Below, piece after piece: positions 36,926 to 50,998 of a DNA stretch of 64,000 nt (position 1 is its first letter; every line of letters begins with the position of its first letter). The translations under genes and the position numbers were made by a program. The stretch lies in contig JALDZS010000029.1 of NCBI GenBank assembly GCA_022813965.1, forward strand, positions 1 through 64,000, given 5' to 3'. This DNA comes from Toensbergia leucococca (lineage: Eukaryota). The notes below the pieces were generated by a model, which saw only the letters and a list, made by a program, of their open reading frames with translations, did no database searches and was not told the DNA's origin.

Positions 36926-39900
36926 ATGGCGAACCTCAACTTTCAATACTCCAGTGCGCCACTACGCTCTATCCAAGAGATTCAGTTCGGCCTACTATCT
37001 CCGGAGGAGATTAAAAACATGAGCGTAGCTCCAATAGAGTATCCGGAGACCATGGATGAACAAGGCCAGCGACCTCGACCCTCTGGTCTGAATGATCCGC
37101 GACTGGGCTCGATCGATAGGGCTTTCAAGTGTCAGACTTGCGATGAACACATGTCAGAATGTCAAGGGCATTTCGGGCATATTGAGCTGGCAACGCCTGT
37201 TTTCCATGTCGGTAAGACGTGAAGAAGCGAGTAACACGTATACGACTTCGCTGAACATACTTTAGGATTTATGACTAAAATCAAGAAATTGTTGGAGACT
37301 GTTTGCCATAACTGCGGCAAGATCTTGGTAGACGAAGTTAGTCATCCCTTACGGGATGACCAATTTTCTCTATATTAGCATTGCTGACACTGGTCATAAT
37401 AGAGCAACATAGCATTTGCAGATGCTCTACGTTACCGAGATCCTAAACGGCGTTTTGACGCGATCTGGCGGCTTTGCAAACCAAAAATGGTTTGCGAGAC
37501 TTTGGTTGCGCCTAATGACGAAAATCTCGAGAAAGGCAAAGAACCTAAACACGATCACGGAGGCTGTGGTAACATTCAGCCGGAGGTACGTCGTGAGGGA
37601 CTCAAATTGACAGGCACGTGGAAGGCTCAGAAAGGTGATGAAGAAAACGAAGGCCAACAGCCGGAGAAAAAGCCAATCACTCCACAAATGGCGCTCAACA
37701 TCTTTCGTCATATCTCAACAGAGGAGATCAAGAAGATGGGCTTAAGTAATGATTACGCACGTCCAGAGTGGATGATTATCACTGTTCTTCCTGTCCCACC
37801 GCCTCCCGTTCGGCCCAGCATATCTGTCGATGGGACAGGACAAGGAATGCGTGGTGAAGACGATTTGACATATAAGCTAGGAGACATCATTCGTGCAAAT
37901 GGCAATGTTCGAAGGTGTGAAACAGAAGGCTCCCCAGCGCACATTACCAGCGAATTTGAACAGCTCCTTCAATTCCATGTGGCCACGTACATGGACAATG
38001 ATATAGCTGGCCAGCCACAAGCACTGCAGAAGTCTGGCCGACCAGTCAAGTCTATCCGCGCTCGGCTCAAGGGCAAAGAAGGTCGTCTTCGGGGAAACTT
38101 GATGGGCAAGCGTGTCGATTTCTCGGCACGTACAGTCATCACAGGTGACCCAAATCTGTCACTGGATGAAGTCGGCGTTCCGAGAAGTATCGCGAAAACC
38201 CTGACATATCCAGAGACTGTAACACCTTACAACATCCACAAGCTTCATCAATTAGTCAAGAATGGGCCTAATGAACATCCAGGTGCTAAATATGTGATTC
38301 GAGATTCTGGAGAGAGGATCGACTTGCGTCATCACAAACGTGCTGGCGAGATCTCATTGCAATACGGATGGAAGGTTGAACGGCACATTGTTGACGGTGA
38401 TTTCATCATTTTCAACCGCCAACCGTCGCTACACAAAGAGTCAATGATGGGGCATCGTGTTCGAGTCATGCCCTATTCAACATTCCGACTCAACTTATCT
38501 GTCACATCTCCCTACAATGCCGATTTTGATGGCGATGAGATGAATTTGCATGTGCCTCAAAGCGAGGAAACTCGAGCGGAGGTGAACCAGCTCTGCATGG
38601 TTCCTTTGAACATCGTTTCCCCTCAGCGCAATGGGCCATTGATGGGTATCGTCCAAGACACTCTGTGCGGTATCTATAAGATGTGCCGAAGGGACGTCTT
38701 CCTGACTAAAGAACAAATCATGAACATCCTCCTATGGGTACCAGATTGGGATGGCATCATTCCTCAGCCGGCAATCATCAAGCCACGTCCAATGTGGACT
38801 GGGAAACAGATTGTTAGCTTGGTGATTCCAAAGGGCCTTAATCTGCTTCGAACCAGTGGTGAAGGCCTGTCGCCCGCTAATGACGATGGACTTCTCGTGC
38901 ATGGAGGCGAACTGATGTACGGGCTATTCAGCAAGAAGTCAGTCGGAGCTAGTGCGGGAGGCGTTATCCACATCATTTTCAATGAAGCCGGCCCAAAGGC
39001 CGCTATGAAGTTCTTCAACGGAGCACAGACGGTAGTCAATTACTGGCTTCTGCATAACGGCTTTAGTATCGGAATTGGTGATACTATCCCTGATCGTAAT
39101 ACCATCCAGCAAATTGAGGACGCTGTCAACAAACAAAAAGAAGACGTAGCGGAGATTACCCGAAGCGCCACCGAGAACGAGCTTGAATCTCTCCCAGGAA
39201 TGAATGTACGAGAGACTTTTGAAAGCAAGGTCTCGAAGGCTCTGAATAAGGCGCGTGATGATGCTGGTACAGTGACGGAAGAGAGCCTCAAAGATCTAAA
39301 CAATGCTATTCAAATGGCTCGTTCTGGATCTAAAGGTTCGACCATTAATATATCTCAGATGACAGCTGTCGTGGGCCAGCAATCCGTGGAAGGAAAGCGC
39401 ATACCCTTCGGTTTCAAATATCGAACGCTGCCACATTTCACCAAGGACGATTACTCGCCCGAATCAAGAGGGTTCGTAGAAAACTCTTACCTCCGTGGGC
39501 TTACACCTACGGAATTTTTCTTCCATGCCATGGCGGGCCGGGAGGGTCTCATAGATACAGCTGTGAAGACTGCGGAAACTGGCTACATTCAACGCCGCCT
39601 GGTCAAGGCTTTGGAAGACGTCATGGCTAAATACGATGGTACTGTACGCAATTCACTCGGAGACATTGTTCAGTTCGTATATGGTGAAGACGGCCTCGAT
39701 GGGGTTCATATCGAGGCACAACGTGTGGACATAATTACTTGTTCCGACGAGCAGTTCAAGAAAAAGTTCCGCGTAGATGTGACGGACCCCAAAGCTGGCA
39801 TACCGGATTACTTGGAACAGGCAAACGAGATCGCTGGAGACGCCACAATACAATCGCTTCTTGACGATGAATGGGACCAGCTCGAAGCGGCTCGAGCATT

Positions 39901-42292
39901 CCTGCGAAAAAACAAGCAAGATGACAACGAACAGCTACAACTTCCCATCAATGTGATACGCATTATCGAGACCGCAAAGACCACGTTCAATATCCGAGCT
40001 GGTGCTCGAAGCGACCTGCATCCAAGCGATGTAATCCCCAAGGTACAAGACTTGCTTGACAAGCTTGTGGTTGTCCGAGGCGACGATGTCTTGTCTAAAG
40101 AGGCCCAACATAATGCTACCTTACTCTTCAAAGCGCAACTTCGCTCTCGACTAGCATTTAAACGCGTTGTCATGGAACATTCGCTCAACAAGCTTGCGTT
40201 CGAGCACGTCTTGGGAGAAATTCAAAGTCGTTTTTGTCTAGCTACCGTCAATCCCGGAGAGATGGTTGGTGTACTAGCTGCGCAATCAATTGGCGAGCCA
40301 GCGACACAAATGACGCTGAACACCTTCCATTTCGCTGGTGTCTCGTCCAAGAATATCACTCTGGGTGTGCCGCGTCTCAAAGAGATCTTGAATGTCGCCA
40401 AAAACATAAAGACTCCTTCCATGACCGTCTACCAAGAAGAGGGCAAGACTGGTAATAGAGAAAGTGCAAAATTGCTGAGAAGCGCTGTTGAGCATACGAC
40501 TCTGCGCTCTGTGACTGAGAGTACAGAGATTTATTATGACCCAGACATCCAGTCCACGGTCATTGACGCTGACTTCGACATGGTCGAATCTTATTTTATC
40601 ATCCCCGAGGCCACGACGGAAGAGTCGAGTCGCCAATCACCCTGGCTCCTCCGAATTATACTCGGACGGCGTAAGCTACTCGACAAGGGGTTGACTGTGC
40701 AAGATGTTGCTGCGAAAATCAAAGAGAATTACTCGAGAGATCTAGCTGTCATTTTCAGCGATAACAATGCTGATGAGCAGGTGATTCGGATCCGTATGAT
40801 CCAAGAGAGCAGCAAGGATGATGAGGACGAGAAGCTTGAAGGAGATCTCTTACTAAAGAGATTAGAAAACCACATCCTGGATACTCTCACCTTACGCGGT
40901 GTTCCTGGGATTGAGCGAGCTTTTCTTAATACAAAAACAAAGCTCCGCCTGAAAGATGATGGTGCACTGGCCATGGATAAGAAGGATCCGTTGTGCGAAG
41001 AATGGTATTTGGATACCAGCGGCTCGTCTTTAGGACAGGTTCTTACTATCCCGGGGGTGGACACCACCCGGACGTACTCTAATTCCTTTATCGAGGTGTT
41101 CGAGGTCTTTGGCATTGAAGCTACTAGGTCCGCCCTTATGCGCGAATTGACTCAAGTCTTGGCCTTCGACGGATCCTATGTCAACCATCGTCATTTAGCT
41201 CTCCTAGTTGATGTTATGACCTCCCGTGGCCATCTAATGGCGATCACACGACACGGCATCAACAGGGCTGATACTGGAGCACTGATGAGATGCTCTTTCG
41301 AAGAGACTGTGGAAATCTTGCTTGAGGCCGCTGCAAGTGGCGAGCTTGATGACTGCCGTGGCGTGTCAGAGAACGTCATGCTTGGACAACTCGCACCTCT
41401 TGGGACAGGTGAAATGGAAGTCTTCCTGGATCAGAAGATGCTGGACACTGTTATATCGGATAACGCGAGGCTGGGTATCATGCCTAACATCGGCATCAAG
41501 GGTAATAATGTTGCCGATGGGGCCGCTACCCCTTACGATAGCGGCTCCCCAATGCAAGAGAATCCGTATCTGGGGTCGCCTGATCGTGGAGCATCATTCT
41601 CCCCAATAAGCCATCATGACGCAGATAGTCCTGGAGGAGGAGGTTTCACTGAGTATCAGCATCCAGGGTATAGCAGCAGCCCATACAATATCAACCGAAG
41701 TCCTGGCTACTCGCCAACCAGTCCTTTCAATACGAGTCCCACATCGCCCGGCTTCTCACCTACGTCTCCGGGCTACTCGCCAACGTCGCCCGGAATAAAT
41801 ATTAGCAGCCCGGGCTTCACAAGCTCTCATTTCCCACCCGGCAGCCCTGCTTTCACGCCTACTTCTCCTACGTATTCTCCAACTTCTCCGGCATACAATC
41901 AGACCGGCGGATCGCCTACTTCACCCTCGTACTCGCCAACGTCTCCCACCTATTCGCCGACATCGCCTAATTACAGTCCGACTTCGCCCAATTACAGTCC
42001 GACATCCCCAAGTTATAGTCCTACTTCACCGGTCTACAGTCCGACAAGCCCTCAATTTGGAGGCGGCGTAGCACCAAAACAACATTCACCGACGTCTCCT
42101 ACGTCGCCAGCGAGCTACAGTCCGACGTCGCCGATGTACAGTCCGACCAGCCCAGCTGGAAGTTACTCACCGACGTCTCCAACTTTCAATGGGTCACCAA
42201 CTTCCCCAGGTTCTGCACCGTATTCTGCGTCGTCACCCAAATGGTCTCCAACTTCTCCTACCTACTCCCCAACATCTCCACGGGGAAACTAA
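36926..42292 (+). CDS. RPB1: RNA polymerase II largest subunit; 2 introns near the 5' end
   Basis: [21 protein letters not shown], catalytic [21 protein letters not shown]-terminal YSPTSP heptads. Confidence 0.99.
41705..42289 (+). repeat. RPB1 CTD heptad repeats (degenerate)
   Basis: 13 YSPTSP cores in the translation; only one exact YSPTSPS. Confidence 0.95.
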
Positions 42293-42950
42293 TTTGCGTT
42301 TCAACCCCATGGGCACTTGAAATGTGAGGCTTCGTTCTTATGTGTGCTTTGCGAGAGACTGACGCGATGTGGCCAAGCGTGCCGCTCCGTCGTTTATGGA
42401 TGCCATAAAACTGGTGTCCGTGTATTTTTACAGCATGAAAAGTCGTTTCAAGCTCGAACGACGTGCATGCTCAGGTGCCATTTCAAATTGGTTGTGATAG
42501 TCAGCCTTCAAATGTGTTCGCATATGGCGTTATATTTACTGCATTTTCCGAACTTCTCTCCATGAAAAGGTCTTTGGCGGAGACGACACTAAATTGCGTT
42601 TGCCACGATTTTTCCCGAGTGTTTTTGTTACAGTCCAGGCATTAGATACTTGCACAAGCATGATCACAAGCAAGGCGTTGAGTTGGAAGACATCGTCTTA
42701 TGTGGCTGACGATGCTTGGGAGCTTTGACTTATGTGTGGCCACCGAATAATAAAGTATTAGAATTGAAACCTTATTAGAATTCATCTGTACGAGTTACTC
42801 GTACTCGTACGGGTACGAGTATCATTGTTTTCTGCACGTGATCTGTTGTCCTTCTGGATTTTGCCGGACCGACTCATACAAACCGGGGCTGGTAGAAGAC
42901 GACGAATTATATCTCCCCTCGAACGTGAATGGCTGAAGTGTCCAATCAAG

Positions 42951-44143
42951 ATGGCCAATTCCAAGTACATCGTCCTAATAACTGTGAGGCGCTCGGGATC
43001 TAGGCTAACAACCCAAGATATGAATATGTGAGGGGTTTTGAACAAGCAGTGACGCTGTTGCCGAATACCTACCTGGTCATCCGCGTTGATGGTCGTTGCT
43101 TTCACAAGGGAGTCACGTCTGCTACCAACTCGGAGAGAAAATGTTCTAACCTGGCGCTGACAGGCTTTCAACCAAATATGGCTTCAAGAAGCCGAATGAT
43201 TGTTGTGCCTTGGACCTGATGAATGCTGCAGCCGTGGCTGTCATGAAAGAGCTTCCGGAAATAACACTTGCTTATGGCCTCAGCGATGAATACAGGCGAG
43301 GAAGCAAGCTTGAGAAACATAGATAGGAGCTGATTTTCATTTAGTTTTGTGTTTGATTCATCCTGCACTCTCTTCGACAGAAGGGAAAGGTATAATCCTT
43401 GATTTGCTCTGGACCGGTCGGCTTGCTGACTTCTCCCAAGCAAAATTGTCACTACTGTCGTTTCTACTTTTACTTCTTATTATGTTTACCTATGGACAAC
43501 ATATTTCCCCGAGAAACCACTCTCTCCCCCAATGCCATCCTTTGACGGTAGAGCAGTGCTGTACCCCAGCATGCAAAATCTCAGGGACTATTTGAGCTGG
43601 AGGCAAGTTGACTGTGAGGATTCATCCCGAAAGAAAATATACGGGCATATGCCGACCATACACACAGGCCACGTCAACAATCTCTACAATACAACCTTCT
43701 GGGCCATGGTGCAAACCGGCAACATGGACGCAACCAGGGCAGAAGAAGAACTCAAGGTAGTCTGCTTCGTTGTATGTCGAAAATACGCTTCTCTGAACAT
43801 CCAAACCAGGGTACAGGTGCTTCAAACAAGCATGAGATACTATTTTCAGAGTACAAGATTAATTACAACAAGGAGCTAGATGTCTTCAAGAAAGGTAGCG
43901 TTGTCTACCGTGATGTGAGCCTGAGACATGCTTTATAAAAACCCAAAAACTCACGGAACTTAGTATGATCTGAAGGACCACTTGTCAACTACGAAAGGCT
44001 CTTTGAATGTTCCACGAGTGAGTGGAAAGGCGAAATCAAAGATCACAATGGAACATGTAGACTTGATCAAAGATGAGTTCTGGGAGGCAAGGCCGTGGTT
44101 ATTTGCTAAGATTCAGGAGAAACGGCGTATTGAATCTCAGTGA
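42951..44143 (+). CDS. THG1: tRNA(His) guanylyltransferase; 7 introns, two with apparently non-GT donors
   Basis: [80 protein letters not shown]. Confidence 0.9.
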
Positions 44144-44315
44144 TAGGTTTGACGCTGTTGCTCTAACGATTTCGCTTTTCTTGTGGACCTTTTAGCTTAG
44201 CTAGAGAGGGTTGTCTCTCGCCAAGTGAGTGCTCTTGTCTGAGGTTTATTTGGCCTCGCGGAGGAGAGCTTACATTATACAGAAGGCAGACAACTTAAAG
44301 TCCAATTCATGTGGA

Positions 44316-47300
44316 TCAGGTTTCGTCGTCGTCTCCAGCTTCACCAGCCTTATCAAATGCATCAACAAGGGCCTTATCACCTTTCTTCGATTTTCTCCTG
44401 ATGTTGGGCCATGAAATGCTACCGCGGTTACTTTTCTCTGGTTGCGGCGTGCTTGGAACGCTATCCACGCTCTTCCCGAATTGACCGTCGTTCGAAATGT
44501 CCTCGTCAACCTCGTCTGGAGTTGACGGCTCCCCGGTCTTCTTGGAAAATATGCTGCTTCTTTCTTTTGCCCATGGAACATTGAATTTACTGGAGCTACT
44601 CTTGCGGGTAATCTTCTGCATTAAAGTTTCCTTTGGTGTGGAAGGTGTTACGGCGTCAGAAGGCGTTCCCGAGTCAGAGCGGTCAAGTGAATCATAAGAG
44701 TCGCCCACAGAATGCGACGTAGCAATGGATTGGGAATCCCTTGAAAGGCGTGGGTTTGGGGGAAAAGACTCTTCATTTGTCTCCTCACCCTCGACATTCT
44801 CATTTTCCTTCTTGCTTGATGTCTCCAAAGCTTTATCTGCCTTCGTGACTTTCTTCGCATCGCTACGATTGAATAAGGTTTTGAATGTTGGGGCGGCAGG
44901 ATTGAGCCTTGGGGTGACAGGCTGCTGAGCAGACTGGGGTCGTGTGCCAATAGGCATTTGTTCAGAACCTTTCTTTGTCAGCGTACTCTTGTAGCTCTCC
45001 GGTTCAAGTGGGGTCGATCCTATAGACAGATCGGTTGTAGATTCGTGTTGAACAGATGGTCGGCGAGACGGGCCGCGAGACCATGGTCCACTGGTTGCAG
45101 ACCAATTGGCACCAAGTGGACTATTGCGATTAGGCACGCTGTCTGAAACAGGCCACCCGAAACGCTGGCTGTCTACGGAAGGCCTTGGTAGAGCGTGCTC
45201 AAAGGAATATGTCGATGACGGCCGCGGAGACGAGGGTCTTTCGGAGACGGTAGACGATTCCAAGGCAGCTAGCTTGGGACTAAATACATTGAGTCGACTT
45301 CGCCGCCCAGAACCCGTACGACTCGCGATTGATATATTATCTCCTGGAGAATCATTGGATCCTGCGGTGCCTCGATTCAATAATCCTGCCATTGGATTGG
45401 CCCAGTTTCCATAGCTGCCCCTTCGACGACGAGTGCCAATGGGGTCCAGGATGCCTTGCTCGAGGTTGCGAGGGAATGATTGACTTTGTCCCTGTTTTAA
45501 AGTACCAAGGAGAGGCGCTTCACGGGTAGTACCAGACTTTCCCCGCTGACGATTGAAAGTAGTGAACAGACTGGCAAGTCTACTTGCGGCTAGTGGGTTT
45601 GTGTCGGTCGCGGCAGCAGAGCCTAATGGTATACTGGTAGAAGTCACAGGCCGCCGGTCGCTGTCGACGAAATGTTCCGTACTTGTTTGATAACCAGGCA
45701 GGTTGTGTAAGCTGTTGTGAGGGCTTGAGAAGATGCTGGGGGCGCGGCTACTTGCTGAAACTGGCGAGTGGGCGGCAAGAGAGGTTGCCTCAATGTTTGA
45801 TAGTGCCTGCATAGTGAAAGAATCCGAATATCTGCTGTTACTGGGTTCTTGACCGATCGTTACAGACGAACGAGAACCAGGATTGTCATCCTCGCGGAAC
45901 AGGTTTGATGGTAGCAAATCACTCGCAGCAGGACTCATTGGAGCTCCACCAGCAAGAATGTCGGCGTCTCTTTGCGCTATGCCCGGTTGCTGCATTACAT
46001 GAGGGACCGCTGTTCCGTTCCCCATGCTGAAGAATGGCGAAGTCGAAGAGAAGCTTGGAGAGATGCTGGAAATGCTGGTGAAGGTAGAAGAACCAATAGG
46101 ATAATTCCCTGGATGAGAAGACATTGTGCTTGTACGCGAGTTGGCCTGTCGAGTCCTGCGCTGCCGACTGGAGTGGGGGAATGAATTGAAGTCTACGCTC
46201 GGGATCGGGACGAACTGGCTAGGATCTCTTGCACGCTTGGCAGTCCACCAAGCCAACCGCTCTTGCGCTTGTTGGTGATCTGCCTCCACCTGGTACTATG
46301 TTAGCCATACTCAGGGCACATGTTCCTGAAACAAGCCAAGCGTTCTCACCTGTTGGAAAGCCTGCCACAATACCCCTAATTGGGCTTGCCTCGCTTGTAT
46401 CTTGACCTCCCATGCTTGGTCTTTTTCTCTCTCCATTCTGACACGCTCTTGATCAGCCTCGCCCTGTCCAGCTTCCGGTTTCTCTTTTTCTTTCTCCATT
46501 GATTTGATCTGAATGCCTTTAAGGCGAATATTCTCCTCTAATGATTTGATCAAAGCTTGGTCTTCTGCAATGCCATTCCGTATTTTGGCAGTGTTTTCAT
46601 CCTTCGCCTCAATAACGGTAATTTTCTCATTCTTCATGTCCTCGGTATCTCTACGCATCTCAATAATCTCTTTACTCCACCTTACCATGTCATCTTTCAT
46701 CTTCTGTCTCTCTACCCGTTTCTGTTGTAATATCTTCTCCTTCGCAGCTTTCTTACTTTGTGCGGTTCTGTTTAGTTTATCGAGGTAGTTGCCATGCTTT
46801 CTAAGTTCAGAACTTGCTTCTTCTTTCTCTTTCAGGACTTGCTTGAGGCTATCACGCTCCTTGATCAATTCAGCCTTTGCTTTTTCGGCCTCCTGCTCGT
46901 CATCAAATATTTGCCTATCTACTTCCTGTTGCTCCCGTCTAAGAGAATTTAGTCTTTCTGTCAAGTGTTGGATAGTCTCTTCTGATTCGTCGTCCTCGCC
47001 AACAACTCGACGAATCGCCATGGCCATCGGATTATCAGTGCCATTCATTATAGGCGAGGTTCGCCGAGCAGACGCGACTCGCTTGTTGTGGTTTTGACCA
47101 CTACTAAATTCTCTGATCATCTGATGGGACGGTGTAAGAGACGAGAATTCAACATGTGAGGGATTGGTACGAATGGCTGCCGGCTCATCGTCGTTAGGGG
47201 GGCCAACAGTAGTCGTATCGCCGGCGAGAAGAGATCCGTTAGGTTTTGCAAGTAGTAGAGGAACTGTTCTCAAGCGTATGAGCGGGCCAAGAGTTGAAAA

Positions 47301-47767
47301 ATTAGCCGTATTAGTGGCAATCACTCGAATGTTGTAGTAATGACCTGGCTTAAGGCCAGTGACCGATATCGAAGTATCTGCGCGTCCAAATTGGCCAACT
47401 ACCTTTGTCTTAGCCCTAGGCCTCAAAGTCCCCATAGCCTGACTTTTTTCGCCACACGGACTCACCCTTGATACCATTGACTTGTATGAAATGCTTCAGA
47501 GATGGCGGCTGATTCTCGGAAGGTTTGAAATAGAGCAATACGGACTCTTCGAAAACACCAGCCAGAGATGCTTCAGGTACAGGAGGAATATCTAGACCCA
47601 ACAGCTCCACAAGTTCGTCGACTGGCTTCTGATAGACCTGCCAGATACGGAAGAAGATCCTGTGGTAGTTACTCATTTAGCCAGGTGACTTATCTCTGCA
47701 TCGACCACGCAACTCACCAGAGCAGAGAACAAACAAAAGAAATATCACGGAGCATGGTGACGGCCAT
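44316..47767 (-). CDS. Fibronectin type III domain protein with coiled coil and long Ser-rich C-terminus; 3 introns
   Basis: Hydrophobic N-terminus; FN3-like SISVTGLKPGHYYNIRVIATN; charged coiled-coil stretch; ORFs 46311-47477 and 44316-46289 join across an intron. Confidence 0.8.
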
Positions 47768-48408
47768 ATGGAGAAGCAGACGACTAGGTTTGGGTAGCGA
47801 ACTAGAAGCCCAGCCGCCTGCTTGATTGTACCATGCGATAGGATTCATTTGACACGTGTCCGACGGTCGTACCGTTGGCGTAGGCAGTGCGACGTTGTCG
47901 ACTTAGGTATGGAGTATCAATTTCTGAGTTCTGACTGTCTCCCTGCGGCTAGGCCACGGGCTGATAAGATAAGATTCTCTGCCGAGTGCGGCGATGGCGG
48001 CAACCTTACGGATAACATTAAGGTACGCCACCTTGCCAGCCATGCAGCTGGGGTGACGGCCTCAAAGTAACGTCAGCCATCGTACGCTTCGTACTTTATT
48101 TCATTCAACAATCTCAAGAGACTTCCTCCTCATCCTTGGTGCTGATGACAATCTTTTGAAGGCCTGATATGTTTGCTTTCGTACTTTGTTAATCACCGAC
48201 TTACCCCACCCAACCATGGCATTTCGTTAATAGCTCCACAGCTACTTTCGGTTACAACCTCAACAGCTGGGGAGAAAATTTCGCAAAATTGAATGCTACA
48301 AGATACACAAAACGCTCAGCCAAGGCCGTCTGATACCGCTCAATATCTTCTTAAGGGGAAAGGCACCCGGCCGTATTCTACCGAGAAACTCCTCTTTTGC
48401 GCCAGGAT

Positions 48409-50998
48409 ATGCAGTATGTGCGAAGTATCAGCGGCTCTGTGTCAAAGACATGGAACTCAATCAACCCGGCAACATTAAGCGGTGCAATCGATGTTATTGT
48501 GGTTGAGTTGGAGGATGGTAAGACTCGCTATGAATGCTCCCAAAGGTCACTCACTAATGCTGTGTAGGATCACTAGCATGCTCTCCTTTCCATGTTCGGT
48601 TTGGTAAATTCTCCTTGCTGCGGCCATATGAGAAGAAAGTTAGTTGCTCTGGGCTTTATGTCAAATTCGCCGCTCAACAGTTGATTAGGTAGAATTCAAG
48701 GTCAACAATGTCAAACAAGATCATGCAGTGAAACTTGGCGAGGGCGGAGAAGCGTTTTTTGTATTCGAAACTACAGACGAGATTCCAGAGGGTCTACAGA
48801 CATCACCTCTCGTTTCTCCAGCCACCAGCCCCCAAAGTCTCTCAGCGGAACATGCGGCCTCTTCGGTGAACCTGCAGGAACCAGACTTCTTAGATCTGGG
48901 TACTGGAGAGGAGCATGAACGAACCGGTAGCACGATCTCTGGGGGAAGTGGCCCGCTGGTATTAAATGAGGAACGAACAGGCCAGAATTATTTTGGTGTG
49001 TCAAGAATTTCGCCGCTCACGTAATAAATATACTAATTTGAAAAGGAAATCCTACACCATTGTCCATGTCCCCAGAGAAGAATGACAGTCGTCCAATTAC
49101 CAGCGTTCAGCCCAAATCCCAAGATGTCGCAAAACCATCTTTCAAGCGTTCGGTTTCAGAGGAGGTTTTACCTATATCTGCACGAACGCACGTCGGCGAT
49201 TATAAATACTCTACTCAGTCAGAGGTACAAGATAGAGCGTCTGAAACCCCCAGCCCTCAGTGGCTCGGATTTTCGATGCCAGCAGAACGCTCAAACAGCC
49301 CACCTCCAATCTCTACCAATGAGGCCGTCAACAGGGCGATATCTCTTTCAAAGAAGCTATCAGGATCTAATATACGAACTCACATCACTGACAGTGGTGA
49401 TTTGATGCTTGATATGACTGGATACAAGAGTAGCGAAGACGAAGCTATACGTGCAGAAGTCATCGCGCGAAAAATCCTCGCCGAGGAGCTTGAGGGAAAT
49501 TACGACATAGGTGCTCTCATTGGAGCTGATGAGCACGGTAACCTCTGGATCTATAGCAGCGAGGAAGCTAAGGAGGCGGCAGGACGCAAAATAGGATTTC
49601 AAAGCCTCAGCCAAGGGGCGATACTCAGCGATGCCGCTTCAGACCCAGGTTTCCACAGCGACGACGAACAGGTCTTCCCAAGGCCTCAGATAACGGCAAA
49701 ACTTCAACGAACGCAGTCCGACATGCCATCCAATGGATTAGCGACACCTCCTCAAACACCAGTAGCAGACATACCCAGCCGCGGTGACCCGAACCGGAAT
49801 TATGCCAAGACTCTACGGCTGACTAGTGACCAACTGAAAGCACTAAATCTGAAGCCCGGCGCCAATGTGATGAGTTTCAGTGTCAATCGAGCGACGTGTC
49901 AAGCATGCTTGTATTACTGGACACATGACGTCCCAATCGTTATATCAGACATAGATGGTACTATCACCAAGTGAGTTCATCGGTGCTTGTGTCTATACAC
50001 TACTGACCGACTCTTCATTCAGATCTGATGCGCTTGGTCATGTCTTAAATATGATAGGCCGGGATTGGACGCATATCGGTGTTGCGAAGTTGTATACAGA
50101 CATTGTTGCCAATGGTTACAACATCTTGTATCTCACCAGCAGATCAGTGGGGCAGGCAGATACCACTAGGGCATACCTCAACGGAGTTTCTCAAGAAGGC
50201 TTCAAGCTACCGAAGGGGCCTGTAATCATGAGCCCAGATCGGACAATTGCAGCACTCCGCAGAGAGATATACCTCCGCAAACCTGAAGTCTTTAAGATGG
50301 CCTGTCTTCGTGACATCTTGAACCTCTTCAGCTCAAAACGAAATCCCTTCTATGCAGGTTTTGGTAACCGGCTCACAGATGCTTTGAGCTATCGATCGGT
50401 CAACATACCTTCCACACGGATCTTCACCATTAATTCTAATGCAGAGGTCTCCCTCGATCTACTCACGCTTAACAAATACAAGAGTAGCTATGTCACCATG
50501 CGAGAGGTAGTGGATCATTTCTTCCCTCCAGTCGGTCTCTTGGTGATGGGGGGAGGTGAAGACTTTACTGATTTCAACTTTTGGCGAGATTCGCCCCTTG
50601 AGCTCGATGATTTCTTAGCTAGTGAAAGCGACGATGAGAGTAAGAAAGGCAGCGAGCGGCAAAGCCTGAGAAGCGAAGACGAAGGGAGCGAGGGTCTCGA
50701 TGACGAAGACCAAGGAGATGACCTAGGTGACAGCTATCTCTCACGAGACTCGATAGATGAGGGGGGTGATTTAGTTGATTCCATCATCGAAAGCGTCGAG
50801 GATGGTGATCTAGAGGGAAGTTTGCTCCTCGAAGACAATGGTGGCGCAACATCGTCTATTGGTCTAGGCCTTGGTTCAATCCCTTCAACCAATCCTCACA
50901 TTTCTACCAACAGTGAGGATTACGAAGACGTGCAGTCCAAATTGATCAGCACAGCAGACATGGTCAGTTCCGGAAGTCGTGATCTCGATGTCGACTAG
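48409..50998 (+). CDS. PAH1: Lipin/phosphatidate phosphatase (Pah1/Ned1/Smp2); 4 introns
   Basis: N-LIP MQYVRSISGSVSKTWNSINPATLSGAIDVIVV and SPFHVRFGK; HAD motif ISDIDGTITKSD; FYAGFGNR. Confidence 0.96.

Noticed and set aside
37427..41798. Many short overlapping or antisense ORFs inside RPB1 and other genes
   Set aside because: Expected by-products of long coding sequences; no recognisable motifs.
43108..43163. Spliceosomal twin intron (stwintron) explaining the GG donor
   Set aside because: A [D1,2] stwintron needs G followed by a GT donor plus room for two introns; the sequence is GGGAGT and only 56 nt long.
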